Of a stretch of DNA of 64,000 nt, positions 24,801-36,679 are shown piece by piece (within the stretch, counting starts at the first letter, position 1; each line of letters opens with the position of its first letter). The position numbers and the translations under genes were made by a program. The notes below the pieces were generated by a model, which had not been told where the DNA came from, ran no database searches, and worked only from the letters and a program-made list of their open reading frames with translations. The DNA comes from Lytechinus pictus (lineage: Eukaryota), in the NCBI RefSeq assembly GCF_037042905.1, contig NC_087245.1:372001-436000 (forward strand), read 5' to 3'.

Positions 24801-26969
24801 CAATTAAAAGTGCGAAGTGCTGCATTGATAAATTTGTCAACTTTCATCCAACTATCATTTTGTATATTTTGTTAGTTTTATTCTTTAATTCAAATCATCA
24901 TTTTTGACCTGGAGGTGTTTTACCCCTTTGAACCCTATCCTGTCATGCTTTATGATGAACATTGGCTTTCTGGAGAACACATTAGTGATGCTGTTTTCTC
25001 CATACATATAGATCTTTGTTAGAAATTCATATCATCAGGATTTGATCAGGGTTTGTTGTCTATCAGTATGACAAAAGAAAGGTTAAAGCATTTTGAAGAT
25101 TGCATAGACATGGTCCTATATACTAGAGTTTGTTTGGTAATGAGTTTGTCTTTGTCTCAATACAGGTATAAACCATGGTCCTATCTTGGCAGGAGTAATT
25201 GGAGCTACCAAACCTCACTATGATATCTGGGGTAACACTGTCAATGTAGCCAGTCGAATGGAGAGTACTGGCCAACCAGGAAAGATACAGGTAACATTGC
25301 TTTATAAAATGAAATTTTTTATATTAAAATTTAAATAAACTGTTGACAATTATATAATGAAATAATGCATAATCATTATTTTATATTGTCTCTTTGGATC
25401 AAATCTGCTGTCAATTCTAATAAGACAATTTAAGGACGTTCCACAGTTAAAATGAAATCCATGTCATTTTCACCAGATTTTGCACAGATATACATGTACT
25501 TTAGCACCTAGATATTCCATATGTTAAAAAATTAACGTGGGTTCATGTGCTTGAGTTTTTGATATCGAGCTTGGAGTTCACCCATTTGAAAGGTCTTGAG
25601 AAATATGCAATGAAAATAATTTTGCATTTTTAGACCCCACAAGATAACGTTGAGTTTATACCTCTATTACTCGATCAAAATCCATCTAAATTTCGAAAAT
25701 GTTACATTATAGTTCAGAATTATATACTTTAGATAAAGATTCCACTGATATTGCTTTCCGTTTTGCTCTATAAAGAGAAGCAGGCAAGCAGCACCTTCAG
25801 TTTTGAAAAATAAGGTATGAAAGACGATAAAAACATATTTAAAAAATTTGAAATTCAAGAATTCAAATTTAAGTTCAAATTTAAGTTCAAATTTAAGAAG
25901 TACAATAAATGCTGCACTTTATTCCAAACCCATGTCAATTTCACCAAATTTTTCAGGGTTGTAGAGAAAGGTATACTAAAGAGGTAAGAACATTAAAAAT
26001 TGGGGATTCATGTGTTTTTTTTCAAACTATCAGTCATATTCATTATACTTTGCAGCAATGCAGAGTAAAGTATTCTGAAGAGGTAGAGGTGTTCAAAAAT
26101 TTGGTTCATAGATTAGTTTCAGCTAATAGCTTTGTAAAATAACACATCAAGGTCTGCTGTTAGAGGGCTGATTCGACGGGAAAAATCAGCCGATACCTGT
26201 AGCCGATTACTCACCTGTTTACTTATTGTGGCGTCAATGTGCAGTGCTTAAAATATGCGCAGATAGGGATGCACACAAGCATAACTGCGGAACGTCCTTA
26301 ATAGACTTTAATATGCAGCTAAGTGATCATAAATATGTCTTGCAATGGAAATATGTAGAATAAGTTATAACTATAATTACATGAAAAGTATGATTTTTTT
26401 ATTGTGACGTTTAATGTTATTGTGATATAAAATGTGATGTTATTTTCAATTTTTATTGTACATGTAAATTGTCATGCAATTCACTTGAGGCTGTGATCAA
26501 ATGTATCATTTAAATATTTTGGAAAAATATAATAAAATTGTTAGTGAAAAGACACCAATAGATTTAATTTGTGCACTTTGATATTGGATAAACGATGATT
26601 TTGTTTTTTTCTTTGTATGATGGGGTTGTGCTTTTTTTAGAGTGGATCTACAATGATTTTTTATTCTTTGTATGACCACTTTTTTTTTTTAAGATAAGAT
26701 CTACAATTATTTTTTTTTGGGGGGTATGACCAGGTTGTGGGTTGCTTTTAGATTAGATCTACAGTTATATTTTTTTGTATATTTTGTATGATCAGGTTGT
26801 GGAATCTTGCATGAACATCCTCAAGAGATACGGCTTCAAATTTGAAAAGCGTGGATTGGTAAAGGTCAAAGGTAAAGGTGAATTAATGACATATTACTTG
26901 ACAGGGAAAGAAGAAACGGCCAAGAATGATATGGACAATTCTATTCCAAACATGGTAGTCGTCTCTTAA
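6721..26969 (+). CDS. ADCY3: Transmembrane adenylate cyclase, type 3-like (5'-partial; 16 exons, ~772 aa in window)
   Basis: All 16 exons have AG/GT boundaries and join in frame. C1 motifs: [38 protein letters not shown]2 motifs: [14 protein letters not shown], [67 protein letters not shown] and ERWQHLADL resemble the ADCY3 subtype. Confidence 0.93.
7270..7397 (+). CDS. ADCY3: Adenylate cyclase exon ([22 protein letters not shown]...)
   Basis: cttag acceptor, gtaagt donor; second catalytic Asp in ILGDCYY. Confidence 0.95.
9008..9166 (+). CDS. ADCY3: Adenylate cyclase exon ([10 protein letters not shown]...[23 protein letters not shown])
   Basis: acag acceptor, gtgagt donor; phase consistent. 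Confidence 0.95.
10320..10430. repeat. (AAT/GAT)n microsatellite
   Basis: Trinucleotide low-complexity run. Confidence 0.85.
10538..10682 (+). CDS. ADCY3: Adenylate cyclase exon ([21 protein letters not shown]...)
   Basis: cctag acceptor, gtaaga donor; end of C1a. Confidence 0.93.
11344..11451 (+). CDS. ADCY3: Adenylate cyclase exon (C1b linker PMTMAGLE...KKDE)
   Basis: Pyrimidine tract plus cag acceptor, gtatga donor; phase 0-0 and open. Confidence 0.8.
11443..11586 (+). repeat. 71-bp tandem duplication spanning a splice donor
   Basis: aaaga(c/t)gag|gtatgaaatactacaaag...gtcaccttttgtc occurs twice. Confidence 0.9.
11789..11919 (+). CDS. ADCY3: Adenylate cyclase exon (C1b MEKEHQF...[11 protein letters not shown])
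   Basis: taag acceptor, gtaagt donor; restores the phase needed for the next exon. Confidence 0.82.
12176..12433 (-). mobile_element. tRNA-derived SINE
   Basis: Minus strand: A-box tggtccagtgg, B-box-like gtgagtccgaatct, simple-repeat tail; homologous to the copy at 48577. Confidence 0.75.
12537..12698 (+). CDS. ADCY3: Adenylate cyclase exon ([17 protein letters not shown]...TM7)
   Basis: taag acceptor, gtgagt donor; LxFxDxxME motif followed by a hydrophobic helix. Confidence 0.9.
13581..13785 (+). CDS. ADCY3: Adenylate cyclase exon (TM8-9)
   Basis: ttcag acceptor, gtaagt donor; two hydrophobic segments and ERTPWAR. Confidence 0.9.
14146..14250 (+). CDS. ADCY3: Adenylate cyclase exon (extracellular loop LTCVDES...CLNPHYFNY)
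   Basis: tgcag acceptor, gtaggt donor; CxxPxY motif and NIT sequon. Confidence 0.9.
14324..15542. mobile_element. PIF/Harbinger-type non-autonomous element
   Basis: Perfect 24-bp TIR ggctgggttcacatagaagtatac; TTA TSD on both sides. Confidence 0.9.
15848..15999 (+). CDS. ADCY3: Adenylate cyclase exon (TM10-11: [17 protein letters not shown]...)
   Basis: tgtag acceptor, gtatac donor; QxxHxxK motif. Confidence 0.88.
16265..16700. repeat. (GAT)n degenerate microsatellite
   Basis: Long gat/ggt/aat run with an internal block duplication. Confidence 0.9.
16880..16964 (+). CDS. ADCY3: Adenylate cyclase exon (TM12)
   Basis: tccag acceptor, gtaagt donor; phase 2-0. Confidence 0.85.
17582..17740 (+). 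CDS. ADCY3: Adenylate cyclase exon ([12 protein letters not shown]...[19 protein letters not shown])
   Basis: tgcag acceptor, gtaagg donor; helical segment before C2. Confidence 0.95.
18705..21775. repeat. 42-bp intronic minisatellite (~73 units) with 588-bp higher-order repeat
   Basis: Unit gagttgatagctaaagaccatgggtagtaaggagtagttagt; variant gacaattgg at 19241, 19829, 20417 and 21557. Confidence 0.97.
21997..22143 (+). CDS. ADCY3: Adenylate cyclase exon (C2a ELYAQSY...[15 protein letters not shown])
   Basis: ttcag acceptor, gtaaga donor. Confidence 0.96.
22434..22656 (+). CDS. ADCY3: Adenylate cyclase exon ([14 protein letters not shown]...SFNNFMLKI)
   Basis: atcag acceptor, gtgaga donor. 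Confidence 0.96.
23368..24215. mobile_element. MITE with a nested second MITE (23468-23759)
   Basis: Outer TIR gtgtgcaaaattct / agaattttgcacac; inner ~50-bp TIR cccggggggcccacttccattga / tcaatggaagtggtccccccggg. Confidence 0.75.
25166..25290 (+). CDS. ADCY3: Adenylate cyclase exon ([36 protein letters not shown])
   Basis: tacag acceptor, gtaaca donor; ATP-specifying Asp and catalytic Asn/Arg present. Confidence 0.97.
25434..26297. mobile_element. TTAA-target MITE (Kolobok-like)
   Basis: TTAA|ggacgttccacagtta ... taactgcggaacgtcc|TTAA. Confidence 0.85.
26796..26969 (+). CDS. ADCY3: Adenylate cyclase last coding exon (VVESC...[12 protein letters not shown]...MVVVS*)
   Basis: atcag acceptor; TAA at 26967-26969. 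Confidence 0.95.
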   Translation, partial: VVESCMNILKRYGFKFEKRGLVKVKGKGELMTYYLTGKEETAKNDMDNSIPNMVVVS

Positions 26970-27237
26970 AAGAAACAGCTAGGGATGATATGGACAATTC
27001 TATTCCAAGCACGGTAGTCGTCTCTTAAAAGAAACAGCTAGGAATGATATGGACATTTATATTCCAAACATGGTAGTCGGCTCTTAAAAGAAACAGCTAG
27101 GAATGATATGGACATTTCTATTCCAAACATGGTAGTCGGCTCTTAAAAGAAACAGCAAGGAATGATATCGACAATTCTATTCCAAAGAAAGTTGTCGGCT
27201 CTTAGAAGAAGCAGCTAGGAATGGTATTGACAAATCT
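26911..27237 (+). repeat. 59-bp tandem repeat (~5.5 copies) overlapping the cyclase stop codon
   Basis: Units start at 26911, 26970, 27029, 27088, 27147 and 27206. Confidence 0.93.
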
Positions 27238-28819
27238 CCACCTTTCAAGTGCTTCATGAGGATCAATGAACAAACTGATATTGGTTAATTCTATTTTGTT
27301 AAGAGGCATATTGTATAGTTAAAAGTATGTTGATGAATTAAAAGAGCCTTATTGAAAGTCAGACAGTACATCATGGTATACATATGGAAAATGCTACCTA
27401 ACTTGTAAATGTAAAAATTGCTGTACAATGTTCATAGAAACTATATATTTATTACAAGTGAATATTCCAGTATGATATATTTATAAACATTCCATGTTTT
27501 TCTTACGTAAACCCTCAGAGAATAAACATTGCACATAAATTTGATTTAGTTGTTTTTGTTTAATGTTGTTGCATGGTGGATCCACGTTTTTCTCTAAGTA
27601 AAAAATAAGTGTTCATGAAAATATAAACTTTTGTGTGTGCCTGTATATCTTTAAAAGAAAGAATAATCAATAGTTATCAATATGGCTTCACTGTCAATAT
27701 TATATATTATGTTGTTCAAACTATTTCATTCTTCCCAAATTTTTTCCAGTGTAATTAGGCTTGAATAGAAGGAATGGAATACACTGCTGCTGAAGAGAGT
27801 ATATTTTTCCTTGCTTTTGTTTTCTCTTCCTAATAAATGAGTGTGGCTACATTAAGTCTTTCAGTAGTTATATATGGCAGCATATAGACATGTAGTATGA
27901 TGTACTATCACATAGTTGACTAGCTGCCTTTCCCACCATTTGAATAGAGATGTGTTTATACATGTATCCTATCATGGGTGTATCTCAACAATACCATGTA
28001 TGGAAATGATAGTGAAGGAGTTTAATAGAGTAGTGTGAATGGGTTTTTCCAGAAGCACCAGAAGGTCTGGAATGACAGCTCTAATGAATTATGTCACATT
28101 CTTCATGGAATGAGTACACATAATACTGTAATGAATCTGAATTACAAACTCAAACAAGGTTGTTTCATATGCGTCTTGGTTATATCTTTTCCACCCCTTT
28201 GAAATGCAAGATTTTATCTTCTGGGTAAACACAGCGAAAATTACACCACCCTTGATTCTTTCTCATTCTTAATATGCAAATGAGTATTTCATGCAGAATT
28301 ACATGTATGTACATTGGTAATGCCATACTATGCATAACTATACATGTATGTTATAAGTATGTAAATATTTTGGAATAGAATATATATGAAAATTGGATGA
28401 CGCAATGCAGGCATTTTGTAAATATTTAAGACTTTATTGTACAGGTTTAATTTACAACTTAATTATGTGCACAACATGTAGCGGGCATTTGTGGTGACAT
28501 TTGAATGATCACTAAACACAATTTTTTCATGTATTTGTCAATATTTTGAGGGCTGGAGCTCATGCTGAAACCAGTTAAAGGACAATCAGTCCATTAATTG
28601 TTTATATTGATACCAGTGTTCTGCTTCTTGTTACCAGTCTCAAGGACAGCTATGTGATCTTGTTTTGCCGTGATAGGTCCTTAGATGGACGGGCCCAGGA
28701 CAAGGCTACAAAATATTTTTTAAATGAAAAAATAATAATTCAAAAAGAAATTACCTTTTAAAGGAAACTCATTTTTTAATGTGTTTTGTGATCATTGAGC
28801 CTGACCTTGGTGTGGGATA

Positions 28820-29545
28820 GTCATGCCTTGGCCTTGGACCCTTGACTTCAGGCAGTCATGCCTTGGCCTTGGACCCTTGACTTCAGGCAGTCATGCCTTG
28901 AGCACTTGACTTCAGGCAGTCATGCCTTGAGCCCTTGACTTCAGGCAGTCATGCCTTGAGCCCTTGACTTCAGGCAGTCATGCCTTGAACCCTTGACTTC
29001 AGGCAGTCATGCCTTGAGCCCTTGACTTCAGGCAGTCATGCCTTGAGCCCTTTACTTCAGGCAGTCATGCCTTGAACCCTTGACTTCAGGCAGTCATGCC
29101 TTGAACCCTTGACTTCAGGCAGTCATGCCTTGAACCCTTGACTTCAGGCAGTCATGCCTTGAGCACTTGACTTCAGGCAGTCATGCCTTGAACCCTTGAC
29201 TTCAGGCAGTCATGCCTTGAGCACTTGACTTCAGGCAGTCATGCCTTGAACCCTTGATTTTGGCAGTCATGCCTTGGAATCTTGACTTCAGGCAGTCATG
29301 CCTTGGACTCTGACTTCAGGCAGTCATGCCTTGGACCCTTGACTTCAGGCAGTCATGCCTTGAACCCTTGACTTCAGGCAGTCATGCCTTGAGCACTTGA
29401 CTTCAGGCAGTCATGCCTTGAACCCTTGATTTTGGCAGTCATGCCTTGGAATCTTGACTTCAGGCAGTCATGCCTTGGACTCTGACTTCAGGCAGTCATG
29501 CCTTGGACCCTTGACTTCAGGCCTTAATAAGACCATTGACTTCAG
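28820..29545. repeat. 29-bp minisatellite (~24 units)
   Basis: Unit gtcatgccttgagcccttgacttcaggca. Confidence 0.95.
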
Positions 29546-31111
29546 GTAATGAGGCCTTGGCTTTCCAGCCTTCCTCTCAACCTGGGTGCATACATCTGTC
29601 ATACACATGTAGAAAATTATACACTCACTGTATATACATATTCAAAACATTTATCCATTATATATTACAATTCTAATGTAAAAACATAGTTAATTTGTTA
29701 TATCTGAACAAACTTTTAATACAGAATATATGTGTATATATCTAATTGATATTATACCACTGCTTCAGATGGAAATATAGAAAATTGTCAGATTGATTTT
29801 TGTTTAATTCTTCTAATCATCCATTAAAAGGAAATTAGATATACAGTTCATTTTAAAAAGGGGGATGAATCGTGTTCAACTGCATCAAACCATATTCTTA
29901 GTTATTTTCATGCTTTAAAATGCTACCGAAGTCTTTTAAACATTGTACAAATGTAAATTCATAATCAAATAGCAATCATGAATACAAAGAAATGAAGCTA
30001 AAATGATGTGCTGATGTAAGTAAACTGTATGATCTGATATTGTCCTTAATGTGTCAGATAGATGTCATCTTTTATTCCCCTTTAGTTTTTAAACTGTGCA
30101 TATAGCAGATAGCATCAATGGGATGAGTGAACTTCTTAATGTGAGAAGAAACTTATTATAGTAGGTAATCTCTGTAATCGAACAAACTAATGCAATAAGC
30201 ACTGTTAATTTATTTTAGCTGCATAGGCCTTTAGTTGTTGAGCTAAATCTCTTCATTTGCTGTGTGAATAGAAGTGCCTTATAGAATCAATACATCCATG
30301 ATCACTGTAAGATGATTGTTTCCACATACCTGAACCCATATTGTCATCAACACATAATTATATATGGCTGGAAAGAGTATCCCAATTAATTTGATATCAT
30401 ATTTATGTGGTATGTGTTAATGCTCGGATGATCTGTAGGTATTCTTTGCAGTGATGTAAAGTGATGTACTTGCGCCAAAGTAAGGCATGACTGCAATATG
30501 GTATCAAATTATGTGGAAAAGGGTTCTCTTTCAGGCCATATATAATAATTATGTATTCAATTCTTCCCTAAATTGGGGATTTGTGACAAGTCATTTTTTT
30601 TTACTCACATAGTATAACCTTAGGGTTCAGTCTAACCTTCAATTTCCTCTATGCTATATTGTCCTCAAAACAGCAGGAATAAAAAACTAACTAGTTTTCA
30701 GGAGTAATCTAAAATCTTTAATTTGATACTCAGAGAAAGTGGTAAAAATGAACATGATTGCTTACTTAGAATTTCAATGGTAAAAGTAATGAATTTAGAT
30801 GAGAAGTTTTGATTCTTCAGAAATTTTCAATAGATAGTACACAGATCTTAATAATTTAGGGGATTAGGGTGGGAATGTAATGTAATGCTAAGTCTATCTG
30901 TTTTTAACTATGCTTCATAATACTCTATAACTTGTTGTGATAGTAAGTTACTGAAGAAAGTATACAAATTTTATTTGAAGTCTTGACTTTGTTAGAATTC
31001 AGATGAATATTAGTTTGGCCAGCTTGGGTCATAATTAGATGTGCAATTCTGTATACAAACAATAATTGACTGCGCATGTGCAATATATCTCTGTACACTG
31101 ATTTCTGTATC

Positions 31112-31147
31112 AATAAAAAGATAACTTTCTTTACTTTCGATAATAAA
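31112..31147 (+). terminator. Candidate distal polyadenylation signals of the cyclase gene (a proximal AATAAA is at 27521)
   Basis: Two AATAAA followed by a T/GT-rich stretch; weak evidence in AT-rich DNA. Confidence 0.3.
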
Positions 31148-31803
31148 ATTCATGGTTGCATCTTATTTTCAGGTTTGTGTTTTGATTTACATGTATCGTT
31201 AACAATGGTAAAGGTTGGATCACATGCATAAGTAGCAATTGCTTTTGCTTGATTCTGTATGCGTAAAATTGAGTGAGCAAATGCTTTGGGTAAGCTCAAG
31301 CAAACTGTCTGCTATCATTCGCTTGATGATAAACCTATTGCTAAAAAGGTACTATGCAGAAAGCTAACCTTTGCTTTATTATGCAGTTAAGCTTTGTTTG
31401 GGTTTTTTCAAGCTCCATCAAAGTACCTTGAGCGTTTTCTTGATCAGAGCGTCCGCGTTTTATATTCATGTTTACACACCCAAGAGAGAACCAAATGAAG
31501 CAAAAGCAAATGCTTGCAAGCAATTATTTTAATGCATCCAACCCATTGTTTCAACCTATCCACATGCATCTCCCTTCTACGACCCTACAAATTCAGAATA
31601 TAGACAAAAATAATTATATCATATTGGATGGCTCAGAATGGAATACCAGAAATATTTTAAGAGTTTGGGCAAATGTTCCACGAATTGCAGATGAGTGGAT
31701 TATTGGCCCTAACAAGTGGGAAATTTATGTTATTTCCATGAAATAAAGCCATCCAATTTAAGTATTATCATCTATCCCATCTCCCCCCCCCCAAAAAAAA
31801 AAG

Positions 31804-32570
31804 TGAAAAGTGACTTACGGTTGCCGAGTTAGGTGTCATAAGAGTCTTGCATGTAAACTTTAACGTTGACCTGAAAATGACCTTTGACCTTAACATGTGA
31901 CCTCTGACTGCAGCCTAACATGCAGGTCCCCCAAGTCCATCTACCATCCAAGTTTGAAAGTGGAAAGTTGAAAAGTGACATGCGGTTGCAGAGTTAGGTG
32001 TCATAAGAGTCTTGCATGTAAACTTTTAACGTTGACCTGAAAATGACCTTAGACCTTACCATGTGACCTCTGACTGCAGCCTAACATGCAGGTCCCCCAA
32101 GTCCATCTACCATCCAAGTTTGGTTGAAAAGTGACTTGCGGTTGCAGAGTTAGGTGTCATAAGAGAGTCTTGCATGTAAACTTTTAACGTTGAACTGAAA
32201 ATGACATTTGACCTTAACATGTGAGCTCTGACTGCAGCCTAACATGCAGGTCCCCCAAGTCCATCTACCATCCAAGTTTGAAAGTGGAAAGTTGAAAAGT
32301 GACATGCGGTTGCAGAGTTAGGTGTCATAAGAGTCTTGCATGTAAACTTTTAACGTTGACCTGAAAATGACCTTAGACCTTACCATTTGACCTCTGACTG
32401 CAGCATAACATGCAGGTCCCCCAAGTCCATCTACAATCCAAGTTTGGTTGAAAAGCGACTTACGGTTGTGGAGTTGTGTCATATAAGGTTTGTGACGGAC
32501 GGAATACGGACGGACGACATTTGGTTCTCTAAGTCTAAGTGTCGGATTCCTTTGTGGCTGGCATACAAGA
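31804..32570 (+). repeat. ~156/167-bp tandem array, probable Helentron/DINE-like element body
   Basis: Units start at 31804, 31969, 32125, 32293 and 32449; a (GACG)n-like tract follows. Confidence 0.8.
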
Positions 32571-33439
32571 AATAAAACTGCCTTCCTCAAACCATCTTAT
32601 TTGGATATTATGTTCTAGCAACAAATTGGGATATGTAAACAAACTAAAGACATGAACAGCCATTTAACAATTACTGAATCATTTATTATCAAAGATAGAA
32701 ACATTGCGTAAATCATCCATATTGAATTACTGGAGATTTAAAAAAAGTTAAAAAATAAATGTTAAAAAAGGGTAATCATAAAAGTACTTGTTCATCATTG
32801 GTCATTTGCTTGGGAGCAAACATGTATACAAAATTAAGCCATGCTACATACATGCAGCAAAAATTTGTAATTAGCATAAATTAATGCACTTTACTAGTCT
32901 TAGGAAACAACAATTTTGTCTGCAGACAAAGTCTAAAAGATTGTCATAGAATAAAAAACAACAACAAAACAGAGAATCTTAACATCCTTCAGTACTGAGA
33001 ATTACACATCATTATTGAAACAGAACTGGGCTGTATGATGTCAAATGAAAATTTAGAAACAATTTCAACATCATTAAATCAACACCTTTCTGAATGGCAA
33101 ACATGGCCGATCTTTACATAATGATGAATGAAAATTCAATTCGAAAATGGAAAACCTCATTGGCTCTGGCAAATTCTAAAATCCCAAATAAGGATTTTTT
33201 TTCAAAAGCATCAATGTTCTTAATGTACATGTACATACAATTCTTCTTCAGTCAAACCATTTAAGGAATTTGACAAGTATGAATACTACTTGCATGTTGT
33301 ATTTCAACAGTCTCTTAAAAATGAGTTAACATTAATTGGCACATAAAGAACAAATTTTGGCAACTAGATCATTTACATCACTATTGAAATCTTACAAAAT
33401 CTTTTATATTTGCTTGTCTTGACGCTAAGTTAACTTGAC

Positions 33440-34040
33440 AAATTTTGTCACCACACCGCCACACAAAATTTTAAGACCACACTGCTCGCTGACTTCTTAC
33501 TTGCAATTCTTTGGCATCTTTTGAAACCAAATTTACACCACATTTTGTAGTCTATGTCGGACCCAAAATTGCTCAAAATGTGATTGTGTGTACAAAGTCG
33601 ATGCAAATTGAGTTTTCAACCAAAAATCATAAAGGCATGATTATTTTTACTTTCGCTGGTTTAAATGGATCGTTTTTTATGCTATTTATGATCGTATAAG
33701 GTTTCCTGTCAAAGTTCATTGAAAAAACAATAAAAAAACAAAGGTTCAAAAAGACAAACAAATAGATAAGAATTTAAAAAAGACAATAAAATATCAAAAA
33801 TGTTTTCGCAATTTTTTGTAGATATTTGTAAGAAATGTAATAATTGATATTTTCACCAGAAATAAGCATTCTTCTAGTGAGTACAAGGCAAAAACATACA
33901 ACCAAAACACATTAAGAGGAAAAATCATATGCTTATTTGCATTATCAATTTAAAAATTTTACTATACAGACTTTTAGTTAAAATGAGGCTCTATGCGCGT
34001 GCAAATTTTTGCGGCAATCGTGCAATTAGCAGCCGAGTAT
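33440..34040 (-). mobile_element. Fragment of an interspersed DNA-transposon family (inverted homolog of 44028-44727)
   Basis: Reverse complement matches cgatcgccgcaaaaatttgcac and downstream blocks. Confidence 0.6.
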
Positions 34041-34289
34041 ATACTGTTTTGAAATAGCCCAATTAAATTAGAATTAAAACTTCATTTCCTTTGACCAATA
34101 TCAATTCTGAAACAGCCAGAATACAATGTTTTACTACAACTACCTTTTTTTCAAGAAATTCTTCACTCTTTCAAATTAGTACTGATAATCAATTTAAGCA
34201 CCATGATAATCCAAACAGACCTGATGAAATTGCTTCAAAGTCTTTCAACTATATGACTACATTTCTACCCAGACATAATCAAAATAACT

Positions 34290-35041
34290 AACAAGTGGAA
34301 TGCCTCTGGCCGTCTCACCTGCATCACGCGATTCAATATAGCAGCAGTGCTGATTTTGAAAACTACTATAACTCGCACAAGATGTTCAGTGATACTTGGT
34401 TACTCTTATTTCCACGTTTTATGAACTAGACCAATACACTTATAGAGATATGATGGCAATTCAACAAATACCCCCAACGTGGCCAAAGTTCTTTGACCTT
34501 ACATGACCTTTGTCCTTGATCATGTGACCTGAAACTCGCACAGGATGTTCAGTAATACTTGATTACTATTATGTCCAAGTTTTATGAACTAGACCAACAC
34601 ACTTTCAAATTTATGGCTGTAATTCAACAAATACCCCAATTTGGCCAAAGTTCATTGACCCTAAATGACCTTTGACCTTGATCATGTGACCTGAAACTTG
34701 CACAGGATGTTCAGTTATACTTGATTACTATTATGTCCAAGTTTCATGAATCAGATCCATAAACTTTCAAAGTTATGATGGTAATTCAACAGATACCCCC
34801 AATTCGGCCAAAGTTCATTGACCCTAAATGACCTTTGACCTTGGTCATGTGATGTGAAACTCAAGCAGGATGTTCAGTGATACTTGATTAACCTTATGTA
34901 TAAGTTTCATGAACTAGGTCTATATATTTTATAAGTTATGATGAAATTTCAAAAACTTAACCTCAGGTTAAGATTTGGTGTTGACGCCGCCGTCGGAAAA
35001 GCGGCGCCTATAGTCTCACTCTGCTATGCAGGTGAGACAAA
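34290..35041 (+). mobile_element. Helentron/DINE-like non-autonomous element with ~163-bp internal tandem repeats
   Basis: aacaag start, subterminal inverted repeat gtctcacctgcat / atgcaggtgagac, 3' stem-loop, A-rich flanks; a 5' fragment of the same family lies at ~48833-49010. Confidence 0.75.
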
Positions 35042-36679
35042 AATCTAACACTAGAAGATAAAACAAACTATACCCAGTCAATGAATATCATTTTAAAAAA
35101 CATCTTGCAATTATTAAAGTTCATTGGTGACCTACAAAGACAAAATTAATTTTGTGATTTAGTACTCTTCATTTTCTTAAGAATTATTCAGCTGTTAGAA
35201 GATCATCAAGAGATAAGATGCATCAACAATAGAACAATCCCACCCTATAATCTAGACAAAAGTATCCTTTAAGATAAATACAGACATTTAGGGAATATTG
35301 GATGGCCTTGAGTGGGATGCGTTAAAATATAGTACGAGCTGAAGAACAATATTGGACGAGTCGAAGATGAATCCAATATTGTTCTATTCTACGCATCCCA
35401 CGAAAATTGGTCATCCAATATTCTTATTATTATTTAGATACCCCCACAAAGCTAAACATAAATTAATAAAGAAATGTTTGTTTATAGTAGTAGGCCTAGT
35501 GTACGGTACCGGTACGTAAACAAATTCACACACATGCATTGCATTGTACGTAAAATTCTCACATAAATTACATGTAGCTGTAGCGTGCGTCGCGTCGTCT
35601 GCATAATTATGAAAAGTGCAACTAATATGCAATGCAATTTTGTTGTGACGTTACAATAGCTTCATGCACACAATCATTTATATTATTAAACAATGATAAT
35701 CTTGTGGGTGGGGCAAAATATTCATTTCGTCCAATATTTTCAATATTAGACGGTTTGCATAGGCATGCACGTTAAAAAATAATTTCAACATTTTGTCTCC
35801 TCGAAACAACCTCGCAAGACGTCAAAAAATATCTGCACCTCTAAAACCCTAAATCTAAATAATAATCATTTACATTGGACAAGAATAGCACGTGATGCAG
35901 ACAGAAACATGAATGGGTTGTCTTGTGTGGAGGAAAGAGTAGAGTGACAGTGATGTAGTGTCATGCTCAATGCAACCACAAAATAGTATTTAAAAAAATC
36001 ATGTTATTCATCAAAAAAGAGAGGTAAATAAAAACTGTTTGAATTTCTATGTTATCAACTGCTTTTAATACTATCTAGTAATACTTGGGCATACATACTA
36101 GAGTAAAACTACAGCTATATACAATATATATACATAACATGTTACATTATCTTGTAAGAGCTAAAAGGACTTATTCCTCCTTGTTCTCATTAGACTAGAT
36201 CATATCCACAATTCTCACAATACTGGAAGACATGAATATAAAACCAAACTGGCAGTGAATGGTTAGCTGGCTGAATGAATACAAACATCTACACACATTT
36301 TTAAAAAACACATAGAAAAACACAATCTTCAAAAAGAGAAAAATTTGGGGTCAGTTATACAAACAAAGTAATAACAACATTCTAAATTCTTAATGCAGAA
36401 CCAGTGGCATTCACATATAAATGAACTTGCTTTAAATATAAGAAATATTTTATCAATAAAACCTTATTTTGAAATGGGTGAATTTGCCGAGTGTGAGGTT
36501 AATCTGTCCACCCCAGTCAGACACTATCCAGATCTAAATCCTGCATAACTACTTACTGCTTTAATTCTTTTTGTCACTTTCATGATTAAAGTGACTAATA
36601 CTAAAAAGTACAAGATATAGTTCCCCTTTGTAATAACAATGCATTTATGAAGATGGAAAAAAATCTACCCCCCCAGAAA

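Noticed and set aside
28820..29545. CRISPR-like look of the palindromic 29-bp repeats (and of the 42-bp array)
   Set aside because: Units abut with no unique spacers, there are no cas genes, and the context is eukaryotic.
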